Position numbers and translations under genes: made by a program
Shown: positions 18,428 through 26,753 of the stretch, piece after piece
Layout of the letters: every line of letters begins with the position of its first letter
Numbering within the stretch: the stretch's first letter is position 1
Source of the DNA: Candidatus Limnocylindrales bacterium
GTDB taxonomy: Bacteria > Chloroflexota > Limnocylindria > Limnocylindrales > CSP1-4
Direction: 5' to 3'
NCBI GenBank assembly: GCA_038211705.1
Contig: JBBQVJ010000003.1
Span: forward strand, 1 to 42,111
DNA: 42,111 nucleotides
The notes under the pieces: model-generated
Seen by the model: only the letters and a program-made list of their open reading frames with translations
Told to the model about the DNA's origin: nothing
Database searches by the model: none

Positions 18428-19263
18428 GGCCGTTCCCCGCTGCCAGGCTCAGCGCCGCCCTGCCCCGCTTCGAACCGCGGTGGACGCTGCCGGCCACCGG
18501 GATAGCCGTGATCGCGTCCCGTCCCGTCGCGTCGGACGCGACCGCCCAGCTCGTCCCGGACGTCGCGGCCACGTTTGCGAAGCTGGCCGCTGAAGGTCCC
18601 GAGCTGACCGGCCGTCGCGTGGAAGGATCCCCCGTGCTCGGTCGCGCCGGTCTCGATCGCCCGGCGCAGGTCGGCCCCGTCGCGGCCCGTGAAGGTCGTC
18701 CAGCCCATCCCGATGGCCTCGAGCGCGTGAGCATCGCTGTTGCCGATGTGGGCCAGCCCGTTCTCGTCGGCGAAGCGGACGACCCGGCGGTGCCAGGGCT
18801 TGCCCAGGCTGGTCGGATTGAACGTCTCGAGCGCGTCCGGGTGGGCGGCCGGGTCGGGATCGGCGAGGAGCCTGCGGAGCACCCAGCCCTGGGCGCACAG
18901 TGGGAACGGGACGAGTGGATGAGCCGGGATGGCCAGCCCGCCTGCCTCGTGCACGGCAAGGATCGTCGTCCGCAGCGAGCGGTACTGCCGGATCGGGCGA
19001 TCGACGTAGAGCGCAAGGAGGTGGCCGCCGAGGGTCGTGACCTCCTCGCCGACCACGACGTCGGCTCGCAGCCCGCGGTCCTGCGCCATCGCCCGGCCGA
19101 CGACCGCCGCATCGATCCGCTCGTGGTCGGTGATGGCGATGACGTCGAGATCGGTCGAGTGCTCGACGTGGTCGAGGATGGCCTCGATGCCGGCCGTGCC
19201 GTCGCTCGCCAGGGTGTGGATGTGCAGGTCGGCGCGCCCGAGCCGCGCCCCGGGGCCGGTCAT
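18424..19263 (-). CDS. PHP-domain phosphoesterase
   Basis: ADLHIHTLASDG, IAITDHE, GEEVTT.GGHLL, PAHP and GNSDAH. ATG at 19263 overlaps the upstream stop. Confidence 0.92.
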   Translation of the reverse strand: MTGPGARLGRADLHIHTLASDGTAGIEAILDHVEHSTDLDVIAITDHERIDAAVVGRAMAQDRGLRADVVVGEEVTTLGGHLLALYVDRPIRQYRSLRTTILAVHEAGGLAIPAHPLVPFPLCAQGWVLRRLLADPDPAAHPDALETFNPTSLGKPWHRRVVRFADENGLAHIGNSDAHALEAIGMGWTTFTGRDGADLRRAIETGATEHGGSFHATAGQLGTFSGQLRKRGRDVRDELGGRVRRDGTGRDHGYPGGRQRPPRFEAGQGGAEPGSGERP

Positions 19264-20258
19264 GCGGCCGCTCCCCGACGGTCGTCGCCCGGGCCGGTGG
19301 CGGGCGCCTCCCCGACCGCGTGGCCGGTCTTCGAAACCGTCGCCGCTTCCTCGAGGTCGGGCCAGATCGGGAAGAAGACCGCCCACCATTGCTCCGGCGC
19401 ATCGGCGATCAGGTCCTCGAAGGCGGCCGCGAGCCGGGTCATCGTCGCCGTCACCCGTTCGCGCCGGGACCCCTCGGCCGGCACGTCGATGGGCACGATC
19501 CTGCCCCGGAACCGGCCGGCGCCGGCTCGCCGGACGGTCATCGCGTAGGTCGGGACGCCACTCTCGACCGCCAGCATCGCCGGGCCCATCGGCATCGTCG
19601 CCGGCGCCCCGAAGAGTGGGATCGTCGTGCCGCCGCCGGTCAGGTCGCGGTCGCCCACGAGCCCGACCGGGATGCCGTTGCGAAGCGCCGACAGCAGCTC
19701 GCGGCGCGCCTCGCGCAGGCCGACCAATCGGATCCCCGCCACGCCGCGGGTCCGCTCGAAATAGGCCTGCAGCCCGGCGTCCTCGATCGTCTCCATCGGC
19801 GTGACGGTCTCGCCGACCTCGAACGCGAGGAAGATCACGGCCATCTCGACCGAGCCGAAATGGAGCCCCACGAAGAGGACCGCCTTGCCCGGCACGACGG
19901 CCTCGGCGATCAGCTCGGGCGTGTCGAGGACCAGACGCTCGTCGACGAAGGCGGGCGTGACCGAGGGATTGCGGGCGACCTCGACGTAATAGCGCGCCGC
20001 ATGGCGGTAGGCCGACCGGACCAGCCGTTCGAGCGCCTTCGGGTCTATGGCGGCCGCCCGGACCGCGGCGCTGCCGCGCCCCGACTCGGCGAGCGAGCGA
20101 CAAACACGCCGGAGGTTGCGTCGGGCCTGGGCGGCGCGGGCGGGAGTGAGGCGGTACCAGAGGTCGCCACCGAGCTCAGCGAGACGGAAGAGGGGTCCCT
20201 CCGGGAGCCGGCAAGCGAGCCACGAGGCGGCGATCAGCAGCCGCCCGCGGAACGTCAC
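19260..20258 (-). CDS. Lipid acyltransferase of the LpxL/PatA family (copy 2)
   Basis: GLHFGSVE (HX4E), LVGDRDL, LFGAPATMPMGPAMLA and APEQWWAVFFPIWPD. GGAGG RBS and GTG at 20258. Confidence 0.88.
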   Translation of the reverse strand: MTFRGRLLIAASWLACRLPEGPLFRLAELGGDLWYRLTPARAAQARRNLRRVCRSLAESGRGSAAVRAAAIDPKALERLVRSAYRHAARYYVEVARNPSVTPAFVDERLVLDTPELIAEAVVPGKAVLFVGLHFGSVEMAVIFLAFEVGETVTPMETIEDAGLQAYFERTRGVAGIRLVGLREARRELLSALRNGIPVGLVGDRDLTGGGTTIPLFGAPATMPMGPAMLAVESGVPTYAMTVRRAGAGRFRGRIVPIDVPAEGSRRERVTATMTRLAAAFEDLIADAPEQWWAVFFPIWPDLEEAATVSKTGHAVGEAPATGPGDDRRGAAA

Positions 20259-21316
20259 GCCACCGCCTCCGGCCGGATCGCCTCCGCCTGGTCGGCCTCG
20301 TCGCGGGGCAGGCCACGGGCGGGACCCGGGTCCGGCCGGCCTGCCTGCATCTCGAGGGCGCGACGCTCGAGGTCGGCCGCCTCGGCGGCGGTGGTGGGCC
20401 AGATCGGCTTGAAGCTGTACCACTGCTCCGGGGCGGGCCGGATCGTGAGCGCCACGGCATCGGCGATCGCCTGGGTCGCGCGCTGCAGGTCGGCCGGGTC
20501 ATTCGGGGCGACGACGATCGGCTCGGCCAGGGTCACCCGGAGCTTGCCGTTCGGCAGCCGGTGGGTGATGGCCGGCATGATCCGCGACGATGTCTTGGCG
20601 GCGAGGGTGGCCGGTCCGGCCGGCAGCGCCGTCCACGCGCCGAACAGCGTGACCGGGATGCCGTCGCTGCGGTAGCCCCAGTCAACCAGCAGCCCCAGCA
20701 GCTCGCGGCGCCGCAGCACACCGAAGATGCCGCGCAGGTTGCGCCACGGGATGAGTGTGGCGTGCCATTGCTCGCGTTGCCGGCGAAGGTGGTCGAACAG
20801 CTCCGGGAAGGCCGAGTCGTCGGCGACCACGTTGAGCGGCAGCCCGAGACCGGCGATCGACGCTCCGACCAGGTCGTTGTTACCGACGTGGGCCGCGGTC
20901 ACGATGATGCCGCCGATCGGCGACGCGTCGCGGACCCGCTGGATCTCGTCGGGGTCCATCGGCTCGACGAGCTCGGCGAGCTCGGTTGCCGGCAGGAACG
21001 GCACGCGCATGAGCTCAACCAGGTAGCGGCCGTACTCGCGGTAGGCGCGCAGGGCCAGCCGGCGGACCCGCGGGTCGTCGGGCGGCAGCCCCAGGACGTG
21101 CCCGAAGTTCCGGTTCGACCAGTCACGGCGCTGCGGCCGGAGCAGGTACGAGGCCTGCGAGGCGAGGCCCAGAAACGCGCCGGTCGGCCCGGCGGGCAGG
21201 GTCCGCAGCAGCCACGACGCGGCGCGATAGCCCACCACCGCCGATCGCTCGACGATCCTGGGGCTGGCGCCGCCGCGCCGGTGTGGCGCCTCGAGGCCTC
21301 GCTGGCGATCGGTCAC
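20255..21316 (-). CDS. Lipid acyltransferase of the LpxL/PatA family (copy 1)
   Basis: AHVGNND (HX4D), [20 protein letters not shown] and [17 protein letters not shown] overlap with the ino1 stop. Confidence 0.88.
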   Translation of the reverse strand: MTDRQRGLEAPHRRGGASPRIVERSAVVGYRAASWLLRTLPAGPTGAFLGLASQASYLLRPQRRDWSNRNFGHVLGLPPDDPRVRRLALRAYREYGRYLVELMRVPFLPATELAELVEPMDPDEIQRVRDASPIGGIIVTAAHVGNNDLVGASIAGLGLPLNVVADDSAFPELFDHLRRQREQWHATLIPWRNLRGIFGVLRRRELLGLLVDWGYRSDGIPVTLFGAWTALPAGPATLAAKTSSRIMPAITHRLPNGKLRVTLAEPIVVAPNDPADLQRATQAIADAVALTIRPAPEQWYSFKPIWPTTAAEAADLERRALEMQAGRPDPGPARGLPRDEADQAEAIRPEAVA

Positions 21317-22542
21317 TTGGCTCCGGTGGTGACCTTGGCCTTGGTGCCGGCCATCCGCTTGACCGTCTTCTTGACCGGCGCCTCCGTCCCGACCAGCGTC
21401 TCGTTGTCCTCGCCGCGGATGAATGCCTCGACGCGGTTGAACGCGATGTCGTCGTGGATCTGGTGGGGCGGGCTCTTCATGAAGTAGCTCGAGGGCGCCA
21501 CGAGGGTGCCCTTGAGCCCGCGATCCAGGCCGAGCTTGAGGCAGCGGATCGCGTCGGTGATGACGCCCGCGCTGTTGGGGCTGTCCCAAACCTCGAGCTT
21601 GAGCTCGGCATTGAGCGGGACGTCGCCGAAGGTCGTGCCCTCCATCCGGATGTAGCACCACTTGCGATCGAGCAGCCACGGCACGTGGTCGCTGGGACCG
21701 ACGTGGACGTCATCGGGGTCCATCTCGTAGTCGAGCATGGACGTCACGGCGTTGGTCTTGCTGATCTTCTTGGACTCAAGGCGCTCGCGCTCGAGCATGT
21801 TGAGGAAGTCCGTGTTGCCACCGAAGTTGAGCTGGTAGGTGCGATCGAGCCGAACGCCGCGGTCCATGAACAGGCGGGTCAGCACGCGGTGGCTGATCGT
21901 GGCGCCGACCTGGCTCTTGATGTCGTCACCGATGACCGGCAGGCCGGCGTCGGCGAAACGGCGCTGCCAGTACGGCTCGCGACCGATGAACACCGGGATG
22001 GCGTTGACGAACGCGACGCCGGCCCGCAGCGCCTGCTCGACGTACCACTTGGTCGCCTCCTCGCTGCCGACCGGGAGGTACGAGACCATGACGTCGACCT
22101 CACGCTCCTGAAGGATGCCCACGATGTCGGCGGTCGGACCGGGCGCTTTCTCGATGATCTGACTGAGGTACTTGCCCAGACCGTCATGGGTCATCCCGCG
22201 CTCGACGGTGACGCCGGTGTGCTCGACCTTCTGGAAGACGTAGGTGTTGTTCGGCTTGGTGTAGATCGCCTCGGACAGGTCCTTGCCGACCTTGTTCTTG
22301 TCGATGTCGAAGGCGGCCACGAACTCGATGTCCTTGACGTGATAGCCGCCGAGGTCGACGTGCATCAGGCCCGGGACGAAGTCGTCCTTCTTGGCGTTCT
22401 CGTAGTAGTAGCGCCCCTGGACGAGGCTGCTCGCGCAGTTCCCGACGCCCACGATGGCGACCCGGATCTTGCCGTCCCTGCGCCGGCCGGCGCCCGCCCA
22501 GGTGTTGGTCGGCGTCGTGCCGTTCTTGCCGTTAGTGCTCAC
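21313..22542 (-). CDS. ino1: Myo-inositol-1(3)-phosphate synthase
   Basis: [66 protein letters not shown] and YFMKSPP. Confidence 0.98.
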   Translation of the reverse strand: MSTNGKNGTTPTNTWAGAGRRRDGKIRVAIVGVGNCASSLVQGRYYYENAKKDDFVPGLMHVDLGGYHVKDIEFVAAFDIDKNKVGKDLSEAIYTKPNNTYVFQKVEHTGVTVERGMTHDGLGKYLSQIIEKAPGPTADIVGILQEREVDVMVSYLPVGSEEATKWYVEQALRAGVAFVNAIPVFIGREPYWQRRFADAGLPVIGDDIKSQVGATISHRVLTRLFMDRGVRLDRTYQLNFGGNTDFLNMLERERLESKKISKTNAVTSMLDYEMDPDDVHVGPSDHVPWLLDRKWCYIRMEGTTFGDVPLNAELKLEVWDSPNSAGVITDAIRCLKLGLDRGLKGTLVAPSSYFMKSPPHQIHDDIAFNRVEAFIRGEDNETLVGTEAPVKKTVKRMAGTKAKVTTGAK

Positions 22543-22566
22543 GTGGTCGTTCTCCGTGCTGCGCTT

Positions 22567-23256
22567 CTAGTGGGTCGAGATCTGGGCGGCCGACTTGGCC
22601 TGGCTGCGGACGTGGAGGATGCGCTGGGTGACGGTCATGGTGGAACCGATGGTGATGATCGCGAGGGCCACGGTCAGCGACCCGCCCTGGAAGACATCGC
22701 AGACGCCGGCACAGGCGGCGTTCGCCGGCAGCGCCTCATGGATGGGGTTGGGGGCCAGGACTAGGCCCAGCGACAGGATGACCAGCCGGACCTCGCGGGG
22801 CATGACCCCGACCGCCGCCATCCCGGAGCCCTCGGTGAACCCGAGCCCTTCGGACTTGGCGCGCGTGTAGCTGACCATAAACGCGGCGCCCATCGCGGCG
22901 GCCGCGAGGATCGCGCCCTCACGGAAGCCCGCGAGGACGCACCCGGCGACGATCCCGAGGTAGACGAGCGCCTCGCCCCAGCGGTCGAAGACCGAGTCCA
23001 TGAAGGCGCCAATCTTGCTGACCTTGCCGGTCGCACGAGCAAGCGTCCCATCGAACATGTCGAAGGCGCCGCCGATGAAGACGACGATGCCGCCGGCGAG
23101 CCAGAGCTGGAGGCCGAGGAGAGCCGCGCCGACGACCGTGATGGCGAAGCCGATGAGCGTCAGCCCATCTGGCGTCAGCCCAAGCCGGCCCATCCCGAGC
23201 GCGACCGGCTCGAAGATCTTCTTGATCCGGCCACGGGATTCGTTCGAGATCGACAT
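22567..23256 (-). CDS. pgsA: CDP-alcohol phosphatidyltransferase, probable phosphatidylinositol phosphate synthase
   Basis: Signature DMFDGTLAR...GAFMDSVFDR, VSYTRAKSEGLG and REVR. Adjacent to ino1. Confidence 0.9.
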   Translation of the reverse strand: MSISNESRGRIKKIFEPVALGMGRLGLTPDGLTLIGFAITVVGAALLGLQLWLAGGIVVFIGGAFDMFDGTLARATGKVSKIGAFMDSVFDRWGEALVYLGIVAGCVLAGFREGAILAAAAMGAAFMVSYTRAKSEGLGFTEGSGMAAVGVMPREVRLVILSLGLVLAPNPIHEALPANAACAGVCDVFQGGSLTVALAIITIGSTMTVTQRILHVRSQAKSAAQISTH

Positions 23257-23259
23257 CGG

Positions 23260-23595
23260 CTAGCTCGCAAAGCCCAGAACGGCACGCTCGCGCGCGGCGA
23301 ACTCGGTGAAGGCTTCCTCGCGCAAGCGACAGATCGTCTCTCGGCCCTGGCGTCGGGTCTCGACCACTCCGGCCGCCCGGAGACGGGTCAGATGCCACGA
23401 AACGAGCGGCTGCGAGAGCCCGACATGAGCGATGAGCTGGGCGACCGTCGCGTCGCTCTCGGCCAGTCGGCGGACGATCCGCAGGCGGTTCACGTCGGCC
23501 ATGACCTTATGGAAGGCACGCAGCTGGCGCAGTTCTTCAGGTTGCGCGACGGCCGCGGCGATCGTGCCGCGGACTCGGGCGGGCGAAGGGGACAG
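23260..23595 (-). CDS. ArsR/SmtB family transcriptional regulator (probable non-canonical start upstream of ATG 23502)
   Basis: LRAFHKVMADVNRLRIV, LSQPLVSWHLTRLRAAGVV and RRQGR. Helix 1 begins upstream of the only ATG, and GGAG precedes in-frame ATC 23598 and CTG 23595. Confidence 0.9.
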   Translation of the reverse strand: MSPSPARVRGTIAAAVAQPEELRQLRAFHKVMADVNRLRIVRRLAESDATVAQLIAHVGLSQPLVSWHLTRLRAAGVVETRRQGRETICRLREEAFTEFAARERAVLGFAS

Positions 23596-23632
23596 GATGG
23601 TGACTCCGCTGTCTGGGTGGTGCGTCGTGGCA

Positions 23633-23666
23633 CATCAACCGCGATTTATATCAATCTTCGTTGATG
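23633..23666. promoter_or_regulatory. Tandem ArsR-type operator, two ATCAA-N6-TT(G/T)AT units
   Basis: ATCAA-CCGCGA-TTTAT (23634-23649) and ATCAA-TCTTCG-TTGAT (23650-23665), enclosed by CATCAAC...GTTGATG. Overlaps the -10 and start site of the arsR promoter. Confidence 0.75.
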
Positions 23667-23693
23667 CTACGCGGTCCCGCGACGGGGTGTCAA
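23664..23693 (-). promoter_or_regulatory. Sigma70 promoter of the arsR-pgsA-ino1 operon
   Basis: Consensus TTGACA (23693-23688), 18-bp spacer, TAGCAT (23669-23664). Confidence 0.75.
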
Positions 23694-23737
23694 CACCCGC
23701 GGGTGAAGGTTTGGCCCTGGTCGCGTGTCATGTCATC

Positions 23738-24301
23738 GTGAACCGATCGTCAGAGGCAGTCGAGTTGGCAGAACGCGCACCGACACGCGTCCCCGACACC
23801 CGTCTACGCGACGCGGCGTTCGTCCGGCTTGCCGACGAACACCTCGACAAGGCCTACCGCCTGGCTCGGGCGATCCTGCGAGATCCTGCTGAAGCGCAGG
23901 ACGCGACCCACGACGCCTTCGTCCAGGCATGGCGAAAGTGGGAGACCCTGCGCGATCCGTCCCGATTCGAACCCTGGTTCGACCGGATCCTTGTCAACAC
24001 CTGCCGGAACCGATTTCGATCGCCCAGCCGGCTTGCGACCGACATCTCCGCCGAGGTCGCGCTCGCCAGCGGCGATCACACCGGCCACGTCGAGGACCGT
24101 GATGTCATCGGCGCGGCGCTCGCGGCGCTCTCTCCGGATCACCAGGTCGTGGTCGCCCTCCGCTATTACCGCGACTTGACCATCGACGATATCGCGACAC
24201 GACTCGGGATCCCGGCTGGCACGGTCCAGTCGCGCCTCCATTACGCACTCAAGCGCCTGCACGACGCGATCGATGCGGCCGACAAGGGGACGATCCGATG
24301 A
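23738..24301 (+). CDS. ECF sigma-70 factor (start uncertain)
   Basis: AYRLARAIL, AQDATHDAFVQAWRKWETLRD, FEPWFDRILVN and region 4 IATRLGIPAGTVQSRLHYALKRL. Confidence 0.93.
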   Translation: MNRSSEAVELAERAPTRVPDTRLRDAAFVRLADEHLDKAYRLARAILRDPAEAQDATHDAFVQAWRKWETLRDPSRFEPWFDRILVNTCRNRFRSPSRLATDISAEVALASGDHTGHVEDRDVIGAALAALSPDHQVVVALRYYRDLTIDDIATRLGIPAGTVQSRLHYALKRLHDAIDAADKGTIR

Positions 24302-26718
24302 CCGACCGCGAGCTGGAACAGCGCCTGCGCGCGTGGTACGTCGTGGAGATCGGCGAGACCGAAACGGCGCCCGACGATCTGCGCCAGGCTCTCGGCACGA
24401 TCCCGTCGACGGCGCCGAGCCCTCTTCGTCTGCGCGACCGACGACGGGGCTTCACGCTGCTGGCGGTCGCGGCGGTCCTGATCGTCGGTGGCGTTGTGGC
24501 CGCTGGATCCGGTGTCATGCGCCGGATGCCGGACGCGACGCCGGCCCCGAATGTGGCGGTCGTCGTCCCCAGCGCGCCTCCGGCCTCCGAGTCGCCGGTG
24601 CCGACGCCGAACATCCGGCCCGGCACCTCGATCGCCTACATCAGGAGTGTCGACAAGGGGCGTACCTGTTTGGGCGGCAGGACGTGCGAGAGCTCTCGGC
24701 TGTGGATCGTGGGGACCGACGGCGGCGGCGCGCACGAGCTCTTCCCCGCTGGCGTTGCCAGCCAGGGAGACCCGGTCTGGTCGCCCGACGGCACTCGCCT
24801 CCTCTACTCGGACGACGGCAGGTTCTACCTGAGCGATGCGAGCGGCAGCGACCCCCAGCCAGTCGATACCGGTTGCTCCGCTCCTTGTGCGAGCGATTCG
24901 CAGATCACCTTTTCCAGCGACGGTAGTCGTGTGGTGTTCATCCGGTACTCGACCGATGCGTCCGGCTACGCCGGGCCGGCGGTCGTCGCCACGATGGACC
25001 TCACGACCGGGCGGGTCGTGGAACTGCGATCCACCGGATCCGAGGCGACCGCGGGGCCCGCGTGGTCCCCGGATGGGAAGCGGATCGCCTTCTTCCAGTT
25101 CGGTGAGAAGGACAGCGGCGGTCCGACGCCACCAAGGCTGACCGCCGTCTGGCTCGTCGATGCCGACGGCGGGAACCTCAGCCAGCTGAGCCCCGCGACA
25201 CTGTCTGCCGCATACCCCAGATGGTCCCCTGATGGCAGGCTGATCCTGTTCGAGTCACCCGACGGGGAACAGCAGGATATCTACACGATCCGGCCGGACG
25301 GGACCGAGGTCCGTCGACTGACCACGGACGGCGCGTCAACGTCGGCGACCTGGACTCCGGATGGGCGGATCCTCTTCGCTCGTGGCAGCGGAGGCTCACC
25401 GGGCTGGTGGACGATGGACGCCGATGGCGCCAACGCCAGTGTCATCGTCTCGGATGCCGCCATCGGCGTCGCGCCAGGTGACTCTCGAACCACCGCTCCC
25501 ACCTGGCAGCCGATCGGAGGCGCCGCGATCGTGCCTCCGCCGTGGACGGCGGCATCGGGGATCGCGATCGGACCGCCCGCGCCGACACCAGTGCCGACAC
25601 CGACACCGTCGCTGGCGCCGGGCTTCGCCTGGACCGGCTCGATGATCAGCCGCGAGGGCGGTCCGCTCGGTCGGTCGGCGACCCTGCTGGCCGACGGGCG
25701 CGTGCTCTTTGCTGGAGGCTGCGACACGGCCGCCGAGGTGTACGACCCGGCGACCGGCGCGTTCACGCCGACTGGCTCCATGGCGGCCGTGCGGGCAGCT
25801 TCGGCAGCCACATTGCTCTCCGATGGTCACGTGCTGTTCACCGGAGGGTACAACTGTGCGCCGGCGGGGCAGGATGGCATCTGGGCATCGGCGGAGCTGT
25901 ACGACCCGGCGACAGGCACCTTCAGCTCGACCGGCTCCATGGCCGCCCCGCGCGAACAGCACACGGCGACACGACTCGCCGATGGTCGGGTGCTTGTCGT
26001 CGGAGGCCTGTCTGGGTCAAGCCCGGCGACGGCTGATGGGGCCATCCTCGCCTCGTATCGGACCGCCGAGACCGACGCCTTCCTCGCGACCGCCGAGGTC
26101 TATGACCCGACCACGGGAACGTTCAGCAAGACAGGCTCGATGAGGACACCTCATCGAGGCCATACGGCGACACTGCTCCAGGACGGCCGCGTGCTCGTCG
26201 TGGGCAACGGCGGTGAGAGCAGCCCGAGCGGCGCTTCAGCGGACCTGTATGACCCGGCGACCGGCGAGTTCAGCCAGACGGGTTCCATGAAGACCGGCCG
26301 CTGGCTCCATACCGCGACGCTGCTCCGGGACGGCCGTGTGTTGATCCTCGGTGGCAGATCGCCGCGGGATTCGGTCTACGCGAGTGCGGAGACGTACGAC
26401 CCACGGTCGGGCAAGTTCAGCTCGGCCGGTTCGATGGGCGAGGGCCGACAACAGCAGACGGCGACACTGCTCGCCGATGGCCGCGTGTTCATCGCCGGTG
26501 GCTACTGGAGGGACGGCCAGAAATGGCGGGTCCTGTCGTCGACGGAGATCTATGACACTGCCACCGGCAAGTTCAGCGCGGTCGGCTCGATGGGCGCGCC
26601 CCGCGAGAGTCACACTGCCACCCTCCTGAACGACGGCCGCGTGCTCGTCGCTGATGGTGAGGACATCGGGAACAACGGCGGGGTCGGGGTGTCCTCGGCC
26701 GTGCTCTACCAGCCCTAG
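24298..26718 (+). CDS. Putative anti-sigma factor with TM helix, TolB/PD40 propeller and Kelch propeller
   Basis: ATGA-coupled to the ECF gene. Short cytoplasmic N-terminus, one TM helix, WSPDG repeats, a PTP linker, then about six HTATLLxDGRVLVxGG...AExYDP Kelch repeats. Confidence 0.85.
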   Translation: MTDRELEQRLRAWYVVEIGETETAPDDLRQALGTIPSTAPSPLRLRDRRRGFTLLAVAAVLIVGGVVAAGSGVMRRMPDATPAPNVAVVVPSAPPASESPVPTPNIRPGTSIAYIRSVDKGRTCLGGRTCESSRLWIVGTDGGGAHELFPAGVASQGDPVWSPDGTRLLYSDDGRFYLSDASGSDPQPVDTGCSAPCASDSQITFSSDGSRVVFIRYSTDASGYAGPAVVATMDLTTGRVVELRSTGSEATAGPAWSPDGKRIAFFQFGEKDSGGPTPPRLTAVWLVDADGGNLSQLSPATLSAAYPRWSPDGRLILFESPDGEQQDIYTIRPDGTEVRRLTTDGASTSATWTPDGRILFARGSGGSPGWWTMDADGANASVIVSDAAIGVAPGDSRTTAPTWQPIGGAAIVPPPWTAASGIAIGPPAPTPVPTPTPSLAPGFAWTGSMISREGGPLGRSATLLADGRVLFAGGCDTAAEVYDPATGAFTPTGSMAAVRAASAATLLSDGHVLFTGGYNCAPAGQDGIWASAELYDPATGTFSSTGSMAAPREQHTATRLADGRVLVVGGLSGSSPATADGAILASYRTAETDAFLATAEVYDPTTGTFSKTGSMRTPHRGHTATLLQDGRVLVVGNGGESSPSGASADLYDPATGEFSQTGSMKTGRWLHTATLLRDGRVLILGGRSPRDSVYASAETYDPRSGKFSSAGSMGEGRQQQTATLLADGRVFIAGGYWRDGQKWRVLSSTEIYDTATGKFSAVGSMGAPRESHTATLLNDGRVLVADGEDIGNNGGVGVSSAVLYQP

Positions 26719-26753
26719 GCACCCGCGCGGCCTTCGCCACTACACTCGCCCGC

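Noticed and set aside
19260-21316. Lipid A (LpxL) biosynthesis
   Set aside because: Same family, but the ino1/pgsA/pimA context and absence of lpx genes favour PatA-like roles.
25660-26660. Repeated DNA in the anti-sigma gene as a mobile or repeat element
   Set aside because: Explained by in-frame Kelch protein repeats.
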